Below are positions 40,432-50,351 of a stretch of 64,000 nt of DNA, piece by piece. Both the position numbers and the translations under genes were made by a program. This DNA is from Promethearchaeota archaeon (GTDB lineage Archaea; Asgardarchaeota; Lokiarchaeia; Sigyniarchaeales; SOKP01). The notes beneath the pieces were generated by a model. That model was not told where the DNA came from. It saw nothing but the letters and a program-made list of their open reading frames with translations, and searched no databases. The stretch is from positions 4,790 through 68,789 of the forward strand of contig JAFGGO010000074.1 of the NCBI GenBank assembly GCA_016930515.1, in the 5' to 3' direction. How positions within the stretch are numbered: the stretch's first letter is position 1; the number at the start of each line of letters is the position of its first letter.

Positions 40432-41088
40432 ATGGGTCTCCTGATAAAATTTTCGAAAAATAAAGAGCAAGAACTCGAAACATACATTGATTTAATCGTG
40501 GATTACATATTTCAAGGAAAATTAATTGCTTTTCCAACGAATTCCGTATACGGAATTGGTGGTGATCCTTTCAATGTCGATCTCATAAACAGGATATATG
40601 ATATTAAATATAGAGATCCAAACAAAGGATTTTTACTATTAGTTAGCGATTTAGAGGAAGCTACTAAAATCGCAATATTCAACGATAATGCAAGAAGGAT
40701 TGCAAAAAAATTCTGGCCAGGCCAATTAACTATCATTTTAGAGAAAAATAAAGGCACTTCCTTACCAGCTGAACTCAACGCTTTTCAAGAGACAATTGGG
40801 TTAAGGGTTCCTGAAAACGAGACCATCCTAAGAATCCTTCAGGAGCTGAAAAAAAGGGGAAAACTTGGAGCAATTATAGGTACGTCTGCTAATTTTTCTG
40901 GAGAACCTCCTTCGATTAGCGGAACGGAAGTATCGAAAGCTTTTATGGGAGCAATTGATTTAATCATTGATTCAGGGAAAACCAAATCCAAGATACCAAC
41001 AACTATTGTTGATCTATCGACTAGCTCGGTAAAGATTTTACGTGCTGGCAAGATTTCAGAAGAAGAAATAAGAAAAGCCTTAGATTAA
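40432..41088 (+). CDS. sua5: Threonylcarbamoyl-AMP synthase (Sua5/YrdC domain only)
   Basis: YrdC blocks: FPTNSVYGIGGDP, KFWPGQLT, SANFSGEPP. 218 aa. Confidence 0.85.
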   Translation: MGLLIKFSKNKEQELETYIDLIVDYIFQGKLIAFPTNSVYGIGGDPFNVDLINRIYDIKYRDPNKGFLLLVSDLEEATKIAIFNDNARRIAKKFWPGQLTIILEKNKGTSLPAELNAFQETIGLRVPENETILRILQELKKRGKLGAIIGTSANFSGEPPSISGTEVSKAFMGAIDLIIDSGKTKSKIPTTIVDLSTSSVKILRAGKISEEEIRKALD

Positions 41089-41140
41089 TATTAATTTGTA
41101 TATTATAAATTGGTGAAAGAAAATTAATAACTTCAATCTC

Positions 41141-41653
41141 TTGATATCAACATCAAGGCACAACGAATCAAACGCAAAAGCAGAATTATGGTTTTCACTA
41201 CTCATGTGTGGAGATAAATATCCAATAATCTCGAAACTCGAATATTCTGGTCTAATAGCTGCTTTAACAACAATAGATTCCAAGGAGGTGGTTCGTAATT
41301 TAGGAAATATTTTAAATTCTGATCCTATTTTTTTTCAATATATCTTGAAAATCATTCCTATTGATTACATTACGGAAACAGATATTAGCTCCATCACTTC
41401 AATAATATCGAAAAAATACGAAAAATTCATTCCCAGCGAAGAATCATTCAAAATTGAGTTGAATCGAAGGAAAAGTGATATCATTGAGAGACAGAGTTTC
41501 ATTGACGCTATTGCGAGAATAATCAATCGGAGTGTTAATCTCGATGCTCCCGATGTTATTGTTAGGTTTGAAATTTTAGGAAACACCTGTGCTATATCGT
41601 TTTTAAAGCGTAGCGATATTTTAGAAATCGTTAATACCTTTAATCCGTTTTAA
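41141..41653 (+). CDS. THUMP-domain protein
   Basis: The C-terminal pattern FKIELNRRKSD ... VNLDAPDVIVRFEILGNTCAISFL is typical of small archaeal THUMP proteins. The frame is open to 41117 upstream of the TTG. Confidence 0.5.
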   Translation: MISTSRHNESNAKAELWFSLLMCGDKYPIISKLEYSGLIAALTTIDSKEVVRNLGNILNSDPIFFQYILKIIPIDYITETDISSITSIISKKYEKFIPSEESFKIELNRRKSDIIERQSFIDAIARIINRSVNLDAPDVIVRFEILGNTCAISFLKRSDILEIVNTFNPF

Positions 41654-42330
41654 TTTCCGCTCGTTTTCTCAATGTTCAGTAAAGACATTTTTTCGCAAAT
41701 CAAATCATAGAGCGCCATTGATTTTATTTCCAAATCGGATTTATCTTTTCTTTTAACCCTTTCATAGGAATTTAAAACTACCTTAATTTGTTTATCTGTA
41801 ACTTCGAAGTAATGCTTAATTTCATCAATTTTTTCCACATCATCATATTTAAAAGGGAAGTCAAGCTCCTCTGCATCAATTAAATCGGTTAATTCCTTAT
41901 TTTTATCAACTATATATCCACTTTCTGAAATTATGCAATATGATAATTTGCCCGCTATTAGATCGTCATTTTCAATGCCAAAAGCTTCAACAGCTTGATT
42001 AATCTGTCTATTTGAAGATAAATAGAGGAGTAGCTCGAGATTTTTCGAATTTGAGATATTAATTCCAGAAGCAAACGCTTTTATCACATGATAACATGCA
42101 ATAAAGAAATGATCTTGACATAAGAGATACTTATCTTTAAAAAATTGGACGGTAGTTTTATCATTGGGTCCTTCCAAATCTTTACAAAGGTTAAATAGAT
42201 GATTTAGAGCATTTTTTTGATTCTTAATGTTAAATTTATTTAAAAAATTTTTGAAGTCTATTCTTATACAATTAATTCCTACAGAATACTCGAGATCAAG
42301 CTCTCGATTGTAAAATTCTTTTATTATCAT
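41650..42330 (-). CDS. Cgi121-like KEOPS subunit
   Basis: The block HVIKAFASGINISNSKNLELLLYLSSNRQINQAVEAFGI matches the Cgi121 core as I remember it. ATG at 42330 overlaps the ecfT stop (ATGA). Confidence 0.5.
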   Translation of the reverse strand: MIIKEFYNRELDLEYSVGINCIRIDFKNFLNKFNIKNQKNALNHLFNLCKDLEGPNDKTTVQFFKDKYLLCQDHFFIACYHVIKAFASGINISNSKNLELLLYLSSNRQINQAVEAFGIENDDLIAGKLSYCIISESGYIVDKNKELTDLIDAEELDFPFKYDDVEKIDEIKHYFEVTDKQIKVVLNSYERVKRKDKSDLEIKSMALYDLICEKMSLLNIEKTSGN

Positions 42331-43091
42331 AGTGGGAAACTCCAATTTAGGACGATTAATTGACCAATATTGATTTGTATATAAATAAGAAAGATTAATA
42401 GCAAAATTAGGTATGCAGTAAAAAGCCAATCCATAATTGCATATTTAACGGTAAAGTAATGGGTTCTATTTTTCCTACTACCAAAGGCTCTGGATTCTAG
42501 GGCTTCAGCAACATTGAAAGCTCTTTTGATTGAACATATTATTAAAGGGACAATTAACGGGAACAAATTTTTTATTTTATTTATCATACCACTTGCTTGT
42601 AGTTCATATCCCCTGCTTTGTTGTGCGTCCTTGATGTTTTCGGCTTCCATTGCTATAGTTGGTATGAATCTAAAAGCTAAAGAAAAAGAAAAAGCGATCT
42701 CGTAAGGTATTTTCATCGATATAAACGATAAAGCCAAATCGTTTGGATCAACCGTTTGGAAGAAAAGCGTGAATGCAGAGAGCATTATTATAATCCTTAA
42801 GACCATAAGCAGGGCAAAATTAAGTGAAAAAAAAAGCGTGTTTATGAGTATGATGAGCACAAATAAGAAATACATGTTTTTAAGATTGGTCAACCACTTT
42901 TTTAATTGCTTGCCAGAGATTACAAGTGGTATCATCGTTAGTAATATTAATAGCAATGGAATGATCTTTAAGAATAGAAAACTAAAAATAGAATAAAATA
43001 TCGCCATGAGCAACTTGGAACGAGGATCCAAGCGATGAAGGAAAGTGTCTTTTTTAAGGAATTTAAAAGCTTCTAAGAACATGAGACTCAT
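42327..43091 (-). CDS. ecfT: ECF transporter transmembrane component EcfT
   Basis: CbiQ/EcfT-type polytopic protein with the coupling-helix region DAQQSRGYEL. Follows two EcfA genes. Confidence 0.8.
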   Translation of the reverse strand: MSLMFLEAFKFLKKDTFLHRLDPRSKLLMAIFYSIFSFLFLKIIPLLLILLTMIPLVISGKQLKKWLTNLKNMYFLFVLIILINTLFFSLNFALLMVLRIIIMLSAFTLFFQTVDPNDLALSFISMKIPYEIAFSFSLAFRFIPTIAMEAENIKDAQQSRGYELQASGMINKIKNLFPLIVPLIICSIKRAFNVAEALESRAFGSRKNRTHYFTVKYAIMDWLFTAYLILLLIFLIYIQINIGQLIVLNWSFPL

Positions 43092-43969
43092 CGGTATTCA
43101 AATCTCCTTTTTTTAAATCGTAAATTTTCTTTTATATATTTGCTCAAGAACAAAATCATCTCATCCTTAGTCTTTATTTCTGTTGAGCACGATATTCCAT
43201 TAGTGTTTAATGCAAGGATAAATTGGAATACTTGTGGTAAGACTAAAGAAGATTTATCAGCTAAAAACGATTTAACGAGAATTTCATGAGTAGGCCCATC
43301 AGCCAAGATTTTTCCATTGGTCATAAGTATAGTACGAGGTATATATTCCATTGCAAATTCGACATTATGAGTGACTATTATAACAGTCTTACCCTTATTT
43401 ATTTCCTCCTTGACTACTTTAACAAAAAAAGATATTTCTCTCCTATCTTGTCCTAGTGTTGGTTCATCGAATACAAGGAGTTCTGGATCTCTACATAATA
43501 TAGACGCAATTGCTAACTTTTTTGTTTCTCCTCCAGAAAGAGTAAGGGGAGATCGGTTTTTATATTTGTTTAAGGTAAATTGAGATAAAGTTTCTTCTAC
43601 TCTACTCTCAATTTCTTCCTTTCTAAACTTTGAATTTTTTAAGGAAAATCTAATTTCTTCTTCTACCGAGTTTGAAAACAATTGATGATGTGGATTTTGA
43701 AACACTAAACCCACGATATTTGAGAGTTCTGCTATGGATTTATTACGTGAGTTCTCACCATTGAGAAATACATCTCCTTCGGTGGGTTTAATCAAACCGT
43801 TTAAAGTTCTAATTAAAGTAGTTTTTCCTGCACCATTTTTTCCCATTATTGCTATTAATTCGCCTTTAACTACATTGAGATTAACACCCTGTAAAGCCAC
43901 TGTACCATTGGAATATTCGTATTTTACATTTTTCATTATTACAAGTGGCAAGTTTTCGGAAATTGTCAC
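43088..43969 (-). CDS. ecfA: ECF transporter ATPase EcfA (second copy)
   Basis: Walker A GKNGAGKTT, ABC signature LSGGE, Walker B LLVFDEPT. Confidence 0.9.
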   Translation of the reverse strand: MTISENLPLVIMKNVKYEYSNGTVALQGVNLNVVKGELIAIMGKNGAGKTTLIRTLNGLIKPTEGDVFLNGENSRNKSIAELSNIVGLVFQNPHHQLFSNSVEEEIRFSLKNSKFRKEEIESRVEETLSQFTLNKYKNRSPLTLSGGETKKLAIASILCRDPELLVFDEPTLGQDRREISFFVKVVKEEINKGKTVIIVTHNVEFAMEYIPRTILMTNGKILADGPTHEILVKSFLADKSSLVLPQVFQFILALNTNGISCSTEIKTKDEMILFLSKYIKENLRFKKRRFEYR

Positions 43970-44811
43970 TGCTGGCGAGCCTCCTTTAATAATTTTATTG
44001 CTGCTGGAATAGAGGAAGGAAGTTCTCGACCTAATTCATAATTTTGAGATAATTGTTCAAATATAGAATAAATTACAGGACGATTTATGCATAGAGTTTT
44101 AAAATTACAACCATTAATCACATCTTTTGCCGCACCGTATTCAATAACTTTACCTTCTTTCATTAAGATTAAGTCATCTGCAAGAGGTAATACGATATCC
44201 ATTCTATGCTCGCTGATTATTACGGTCATTTTTTTTTTAACTTGAATCTTTTTCAATAGAATTAAGATTTTTTGGGCTAGACCAGGATCTAATAAAGCAG
44301 TTGGTTCGTCAAGAACTAAAATTTTTGGTTCGAGAGCCAATATAGATGCAATAGCTACTCTTTGTTGCTCCCCCCCACTAAGTTCGAAAGGTGCTTTATC
44401 TAAGAGGTGACCAATTTCTGTTAATTTAACAACATCGTCTATTTTTTTTTTAATTTGTGGAGCAGGTACTCCCAAATTTTCCAAACCAAATGCAATCTCG
44501 TGTTCCACATTCATTGCAATTAATTGATTTTCTGGATTTTGAAAAACTATGCTTGCAATCGTGGATAACTCCGCAATAGTAAATTCAGTATTGCTTTTTC
44601 CGTCTACTTGAACGCTTCCTTTATAAAATCCAGGATAGAATTGAGGAATTAAACCGTTCAGGCAACGGATGAGGCTTGTCTTTCCCGAACCTGTTTCCCC
44701 GGCCAATAAAATAAATCTATCTTGTTCGATCTCTAAATTTACATCGTTTAAAGCATATTCTTCGTTTCCTTTATAACGATAATAAAAACCAGAAAATCGA
44801 ACTAGAGTCAT
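43966..44811 (-). CDS. ecfA: ECF transporter ATPase EcfA (first copy)
   Basis: Walker A GETGSGKTS, ABC signature LSGGEQQR, Walker B ILVLDEPT. Confidence 0.9.
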   Translation of the reverse strand: MTLVRFSGFYYRYKGNEEYALNDVNLEIEQDRFILLAGETGSGKTSLIRCLNGLIPQFYPGFYKGSVQVDGKSNTEFTIAELSTIASIVFQNPENQLIAMNVEHEIAFGLENLGVPAPQIKKKIDDVVKLTEIGHLLDKAPFELSGGEQQRVAIASILALEPKILVLDEPTALLDPGLAQKILILLKKIQVKKKMTVIISEHRMDIVLPLADDLILMKEGKVIEYGAAKDVINGCNFKTLCINRPVIYSIFEQLSQNYELGRELPSSIPAAIKLLKEARQQ

Positions 44812-44837
44812 TTTCTCACCAAATATGATAATGAATA

Positions 44838-45836
44838 TTATAATTGGTCATTAATTATTTGTTTAATTCTTTTCAATAATGTGTTTTGAGCCATATCGAT
44901 GTCTTTTATACCGGTCATTGAGGCCGCCCCTTCGTGTCCTCCCGCACTTGTTTCTAAGTTTGAAGCGATTTCTTGCATTAATTTCCCAAGGTGTAATCCT
45001 ATCTTCGTTGTTATTTCTTTTCTTGCCCTTACAGTCATAATAGGATCCTTTTTTTTCTTTGAAATAACAATGCTAATATCGAATCCTATTGCTATTAAGG
45101 TGTTTGCTAGCATGCTTTCAAAATTGCTAACACTAGAAAGACCTATTAATACATTTTTCTCTTGAATAAGCTTTAATCTTTGCAGACCTTTAATCCTCGC
45201 CATTTTTTCAGAATATTCTTCTTCAGTTTTCAGCAAAAGATATGCATCTTGAATTTTCAAATCATCGCTAAGGATTGAAGCAACTTTAATCATTGTTTTG
45301 TTATTTGCGTATTTGAAAAATCCCGAATCGGTCATAATTCCAGACATCATAAGCCATTTCAAGGGTAAAGGAATATCGATATTGTAGGTGAAAAAGAACT
45401 CTGAAATAATTTCAACCGCAGAAGTGTAATCCTCCAGCACGATATTAAGGGATTTTAAGTTATTGGTATTTTTCTCGATATTTAACGGGTGGTGATCTAT
45501 AAAAATGTGTTTTGTATCAGAAAGATTAATGCTTTTGATTAAACCGAGATTACTTGTATCAACGATAAGAACTATGTCAATTTTTTCCAAGTTACAGGTT
45601 TTTTCAAAACTAAAATCGTGATCTGGAAATTTTCTTGCCATCCTTTCAAGGAATATTTTTGAAATTCTAGTAAATTCTGGAAAATAAAGTCTTACATCAT
45701 GAGAAGAATTCTCTAAGAAATACTTTAATGCAAAACCAGATGCCAGACCGTCAACATCGATGGGTTCGTGAGTTGTTATCAATATACGCTTGTTTTTTAA
45801 AAAAGTTAGAAGATCTTCGAACTTTGAAGTTAACAT
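44838..45836 (-). CDS. DHH/DHHA1-family phosphoesterase (NrnA-like)
   Basis: DVDGLAS, DHH motif FIDHHP, DHHA1 motif AGGHEGAAS. Confidence 0.75.
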   Translation of the reverse strand: MLTSKFEDLLTFLKNKRILITTHEPIDVDGLASGFALKYFLENSSHDVRLYFPEFTRISKIFLERMARKFPDHDFSFEKTCNLEKIDIVLIVDTSNLGLIKSINLSDTKHIFIDHHPLNIEKNTNNLKSLNIVLEDYTSAVEIISEFFFTYNIDIPLPLKWLMMSGIMTDSGFFKYANNKTMIKVASILSDDLKIQDAYLLLKTEEEYSEKMARIKGLQRLKLIQEKNVLIGLSSVSNFESMLANTLIAIGFDISIVISKKKKDPIMTVRARKEITTKIGLHLGKLMQEIASNLETSAGGHEGAASMTGIKDIDMAQNTLLKRIKQIINDQL

Positions 45837-45846
45837 GTCTATTCAA

Positions 45847-46215
45847 CTATTTTTGTTGAAGATCGGACTGCAAGGACTTTTTCATATTCTCAAGCGTTTG
45901 AAGGCTCCTTTCTTCCTTCTGTTTTACGGTCTTAATACGCATTTCAGTTGATATTTTCAAGCTTTTTTTCTCATCAAGCAATTTATCGCGAGTACTTTTT
46001 ACTAATATCCCACCAATTGACTTGTAAACAGTAGTTTCTGAAGTAGCTTTCTCCAACTCTTCTATAGCTAATTCAGTTTCGTTTTTTTGTGATTGCAAAA
46101 AGTCATGGGTATTGCGCAGATTTTGCAATTGAATTTGAAGATTTTGAAGGTCAACAATTTTTTTTTTTACATTTTCGGGTAGATTATCATAATTTGCTCC
46201 CATATCCATATTCAC
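45847..46215 (-). CDS. pfdB: Prefoldin beta subunit
   Basis: 122 aa with two coiled-coil arms around a central hairpin (VYKSIGGILVK). Usual position near L37Ae in archaeal superoperons. Confidence 0.8.
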   Translation of the reverse strand: MNMDMGANYDNLPENVKKKIVDLQNLQIQLQNLRNTHDFLQSQKNETELAIEELEKATSETTVYKSIGGILVKSTRDKLLDEKKSLKISTEMRIKTVKQKEERSLQTLENMKKSLQSDLQQK

Positions 46216-46307
46216 ATTTAATCTTTTTTTATGTTATAGTCTTAAATATTTCAAAAAATAAATTCTTTATCATAAATTATAGAATATTTGCCAGATTAAA
46301 TCAGAGC

Positions 46308-46574
46308 TCATTCCTCTTTCAGTTCAACTGTATTGGAAATTATTTTTCCAAGACCAATAATATCGCTTATCGTTGCCCTAAAGGCAGTGATATCAGAACA
46401 TTCTATGGTAAAAAAAAGTGAATTTTCTTTTTTTTCCATTTGAACGAAAGACCTTTTTGTTTGAAGCTTCTGAAATTCTGGAAGGAAAGAATTGTAAGAA
46501 AAGTCTCTTACTTGGGAATCGTTAAATAGCAGTTCAAGAGTTGATTTTATGGTAAAAGCGCTTTTTTTTAGCAT
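46308..46574 (-). CDS. Pcc1-like KEOPS subunit
   Basis: 88 aa. The ITAFRATISDIIGLGKII helix resembles the Pcc1/CTAG family. 1-nt overlap (TAATG) with rpl37ae. Confidence 0.5.
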   Translation of the reverse strand: MLKKSAFTIKSTLELLFNDSQVRDFSYNSFLPEFQKLQTKRSFVQMEKKENSLFFTIECSDITAFRATISDIIGLGKIISNTVELKEE

Positions 46575-46858
46575 TATTGTTCAATTTCTAATTCGCGTTG
46601 TTTACGCTTCGCAACCCTGTATGACTCTGCGCCTCTAGGTGTTTCAATATAATATGCACCGCCGGTGAAGGTTGCGTCGCATTTCTTACAATGCCAGATT
46701 CCTACGGATTTTCTAAATACATGGCCCTTGGTTTCACAACGAGGACACTTGATATCGCCCTTCGATTTTTCCATTATCAAACGCCATTTTTTTCTTACAT
46801 TTGAGCCGTATCTAGCTTGGAATTTTCCAGAAATTCCAACCTTTTTCGTTTTTCCCAT
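46574..46858 (-). CDS. rpl37ae: Ribosomal protein L37Ae (eL43)
   Basis: GISGKFQARYG N-terminus and C4 zinc ribbon CPRC...CKKC. 94 aa. Confidence 0.9.
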   Translation of the reverse strand: MGKTKKVGISGKFQARYGSNVRKKWRLIMEKSKGDIKCPRCETKGHVFRKSVGIWHCKKCDATFTGGAYYIETPRGAESYRVAKRKQRELEIEQ

Positions 46859-46966
46859 AATAATTCACACTCAAGTAATACAGATTGATGTTTATTTAAA
46901 AGTAGCATAAAATAAAAATTTTGGTGTTGGAACACCAGAAAACAAAAATTTAATTAATTTAGGGGT

Positions 46967-47797
46967 TTAGTCTTCTTTAACGAGGTATTGCCATAAATCA
47001 AGGTCTTTACGCAATTTTTTGCCTTTTTCCATTGCTTTCTTGGTTAACATCTTGATTTCCTCAATCGAGAAAGTTGCCGCACCGCTTTTTTGAATCGAAG
47101 TTACTTTATTTTCGCTCACTGAAATAGTTATTCGTCCATCGCTAATGAGCTCTTCGGACAAATTAGGATCCAAGAAAATTGTATCGTCGATTTTTGCAAA
47201 TGTAATAGCAAAGGGTAATTCGTTTACAATGTCTTTTCCGTTCATATATTTTCCTGTCCATTTTAATCCTTCTTCAGTAATCTCTCCTTCGGGAATGTGA
47301 GCGCTAATTAAGCTTGCTAGAGCACCTACACCACCACAATCTATGAGATTGCCTCCGTAATTCATAACATACATATCAACAAACAAGATATATACGGCTT
47401 CTTTTTCTTTAATACAGAGCTTTTTCTTGGTTTGAACGCAATCTGCGTGTCGTATTCCTCTATCGACAACCCTAGCAAGTTCAATTGATTGTTCATTAGG
47501 TGGACCTCTTTCAAAGAGAGGTGACGCAATGGGTAATAACTCGGCCATAACCGTACAAACGCCTTCGTTAGGAGTATCTGGAAAAGGAGCACCTACTTCG
47601 TATTTTAATCCTGAAATTATCCTTGATTCACCTAAAGAAACATCTGAAGATCCTTCCGCAGATTTTATAAGATCTGCCTTGACTGAAAAGTCTCTATAAT
47701 CCCATAAATCTCTTCCGTCAATTCTTTTATCCTTTCTTAAATTATCCGAAATATATTTACGCTCAATTGCGGAAATGACTCTTTTAACATTCTCCAT
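46967..47797 (-). CDS. rrp42: Exosome subunit Rrp42 (RNase PH-like, inactive type)
   Basis: RIDGRDLWDYRD start and the RNase PH fold pattern. Immediately downstream of rrp41. Confidence 0.85.
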   Translation of the reverse strand: MENVKRVISAIERKYISDNLRKDKRIDGRDLWDYRDFSVKADLIKSAEGSSDVSLGESRIISGLKYEVGAPFPDTPNEGVCTVMAELLPIASPLFERGPPNEQSIELARVVDRGIRHADCVQTKKKLCIKEKEAVYILFVDMYVMNYGGNLIDCGGVGALASLISAHIPEGEITEEGLKWTGKYMNGKDIVNELPFAITFAKIDDTIFLDPNLSEELISDGRITISVSENKVTSIQKSGAATFSIEEIKMLTKKAMEKGKKLRKDLDLWQYLVKED

Positions 47798-47798
47798 A

Positions 47799-48581
47799 TT
47801 ATTCTTCTCCTCCGTTTTCGTTTGACTCTGGTTGAGCGGTCCCTTCTTGGATATCTAAATATTTTTTCTTCAAGGCGGTGACTTGCATGTCGTAAATCTT
47901 TTTAAGAGCTTCAGTTGCAAGATCCAAGGATGAATCGATTTCCTCCAATGTCATGTCTCCATCGAATTGCAACAAAGAAAGTTCGTTGTTAAACCACGTC
48001 ATTGCACAAGGTAAATCGGCTTCACCCGCTTTGTCTTCTATTCCTGACAAATCAACGACCAACTCTCCATCAATCTTTCCGCAAGCTACACTGGTCACCA
48101 AGCTTTTCATAGGAACGCCTGCATCGGCTAGAGCAAGCGCTGCTACCGTGGTGCTAGCGCATCTGGTACCACCATCTGCGTCAATAACTTCAATAAAAAC
48201 TTCAAAACTCGTTCCGGGATATAATTCGAGGAATAATACGGGTTCTAAACAATCAGAGATTATCATTGATATCTCCTTTTCCCGGCGACCAGGAGCTGGT
48301 CTTTTTCGCTCAAACACCGAAAAGGTAGTCATTCGATAGAACACCCGCAATATTCCCTTATCAGGTCTTGCTAGATGGTGGGGATGCACATCTCTTGGGC
48401 CATATACAGCAGCAAAAATTTTATTATTCCCCCATTCTAAGTATGCAGAACCGTCAGCATTTTTAACAACGCCAACTTCCATTTTAATTGGCCTTAGTTC
48501 GGTTTTATCTCTACCGTCGAGTCTTTTTCCATCTTCCCGAAATAACTTTTTCGGGTATTCATCATTAATTACTAATGGCAT
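47799..48581 (-). CDS. rrp41: Exosome subunit Rrp41 (RNase PH-like, catalytic type)
   Basis: RLDGRDKTELRP, GSAYLEWGNNK, DADGGTR blocks. Confidence 0.9.
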   Translation of the reverse strand: MPLVINDEYPKKLFREDGKRLDGRDKTELRPIKMEVGVVKNADGSAYLEWGNNKIFAAVYGPRDVHPHHLARPDKGILRVFYRMTTFSVFERKRPAPGRREKEISMIISDCLEPVLFLELYPGTSFEVFIEVIDADGGTRCASTTVAALALADAGVPMKSLVTSVACGKIDGELVVDLSGIEDKAGEADLPCAMTWFNNELSLLQFDGDMTLEEIDSSLDLATEALKKIYDMQVTALKKKYLDIQEGTAQPESNENGGEE

Positions 48582-49379
48582 TTAGTTCAAACCTCTGTTT
48601 TCTTTTTCATTTTTTAAATATTCTTGAATTCTATCAGTTAATCCAACCGTGTGTGCTTCCGTTGCAATTTTATTTATGGCTTCAATGAGTAATTGCTCAG
48701 ATTCGAGATTCTCTCCTTTAATCCATATTCGTCCATTTTGCGTTACGAAGATGTTGCAATTTGTCATATTTTTAAGCATTTTAATCATAGATCCGCTCCT
48801 ACCGATTACCCGAGGGATGGAGTTTGGTCCGATTGATATCACCGAACCCCCCATTTTTTGTCCTAAATATTTTCCTACGGTGGTTAATTCTGGACTATTT
48901 AAGCGATCAGCCGAAAGAACTTTTACTATCAAAACATCTCCAATATCATATTTTTCTGTTGAATCTTCGTCTCGTGGGTGATGACCTCCTCCCCTATCTC
49001 CCGATCTTCCAAACCTTCCCTTTTCTTTTTTTATAGTATTCTTGGGTTTGAGATGACCGAGATCTTTTGCGTTTATGTCTATTTTATATTTAACGGGATT
49101 TTTTTCAACAACAATACCTAAAACTTTATCACCAGGGCGAGGCGTATAAAACCCTCTAAGTGGGATGACATTTACATAGTTTTTCCTTATTTGTTTTAAG
49201 CCAATAGATAAAGATACAATTTTTGTCTTGTCTTTGTTAAAAATAGCACTTCTTCCAGGTAAAAAATTTTCTATGTCATCAGTTAATACTTCACCAGGTA
49301 CGACGATTTCTCTCGTACTCGTATCTCCTTCTTCGTCGAAATCGTCTTCGCCGTTCATATCAGGCTCTTCATCTTCCAT
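48582..49379 (-). CDS. rrp4: Exosome cap subunit Rrp4 (S1 + KH)
   Basis: S1 region GDKVLGIVVE and KH region IPRVIGRSGSMIKML. Acidic N-terminal tail and an RGG-like insertion. Confidence 0.85.
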   Translation of the reverse strand: MEDEEPDMNGEDDFDEEGDTSTREIVVPGEVLTDDIENFLPGRSAIFNKDKTKIVSLSIGLKQIRKNYVNVIPLRGFYTPRPGDKVLGIVVEKNPVKYKIDINAKDLGHLKPKNTIKKEKGRFGRSGDRGGGHHPRDEDSTEKYDIGDVLIVKVLSADRLNSPELTTVGKYLGQKMGGSVISIGPNSIPRVIGRSGSMIKMLKNMTNCNIFVTQNGRIWIKGENLESEQLLIEAINKIATEAHTVGLTDRIQEYLKNEKENRGLN

Positions 49380-49445
49380 CTAAATCACACTCTTTAATTC
49401 GTTTTTATTCAATATAACATACGAAATCAATTAAAAAGACAATGC

Positions 49446-50300
49446 TTACGATTTCAAGAGTTTGATTTGTACTCTACCATGAGTAAGCTTGTTTAATTTA
49501 TCAATTAACTCCATTTGTAAACCAGCGGGTAAACTCACGACTGAAACCCAAGAGCCGTCTGTTTGCCATTCTTCTTTTTTAATTTGAGCGTATTGAGCAA
49601 CAATATTATATCCTTTTGCCGTAAACGACGAGGGTAGCTTTATCGCGATGGTTGCTTGTTCCATACGAATTGGTAAGACGACTTGAAGTTGTTTGATGAT
49701 GTCTTCTACTTGTTCTTCGGCGTTTTTCATAATGTCTATCTTGATGTTTGCTTCCTCGATTGCTTTTTCTATCCTCTGAGTTGGATGAGGTTTTTTGTTT
49801 TGTGGATTAATGGAATTCTTGCTAATAATATTTATAATCTGCTTTAATTTTTTTTCTCTTTCTTCTTCTCTCTGCTTTTGGGTCCAATGAATCTCACCCT
49901 CAAGTAGTACATGACCACTAACAATTCTTCCGTCCGTAGTGTCGAATACAGCCTCCATATCTCCGTCCGTGGCCTTTCGACCTCTTTTTAAATCCTCAAA
50001 AACCGTAAAACTTTCAAAAATTAATTCTAAATCTATCTTGGGATCGTTTATAATATCGTTTACTAAAGGTCGGGATTTTCCAGCTTTTAGCCTATTGTTG
50101 ATTTCTTCTCGTAAATATTTCTTCGCATCCCATGCTTTTTCGGGGTCCATAAGCATTTCAAACGACCTGCCACCCTTGTCGATGCGACCAATAATGTATC
50201 CTCCCAAGTCAATTCTTGCTCTATCAATCACGATATCTTCACAGCGTTTAGTTGAACTAATTTTTTCGTCATATACAAATGTTTTACTCGTAGTTACCAA
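49446..50300 (-). CDS. sdo1: SBDS-family ribosome maturation protein
   Basis: GGRSFEMLMDPEKA N-terminal FYSH pattern. Canonical position between psmA and rrp4. Start uncertain (TTG 50300 or GTG 50231). Confidence 0.8.
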   Translation of the reverse strand: MVTTSKTFVYDEKISSTKRCEDIVIDRARIDLGGYIIGRIDKGGRSFEMLMDPEKAWDAKKYLREEINNRLKAGKSRPLVNDIINDPKIDLELIFESFTVFEDLKRGRKATDGDMEAVFDTTDGRIVSGHVLLEGEIHWTQKQREEEREKKLKQIINIISKNSINPQNKKPHPTQRIEKAIEEANIKIDIMKNAEEQVEDIIKQLQVVLPIRMEQATIAIKLPSSFTAKGYNIVAQYAQIKKEEWQTDGSWVSVVSLPAGLQMELIDKLNKLTHGRVQIKLLKS

Positions 50301-50351
50301 AGATAAAAAATGAAATTGTTACCTTGATGTTTACAACAAATTTTAATTATT

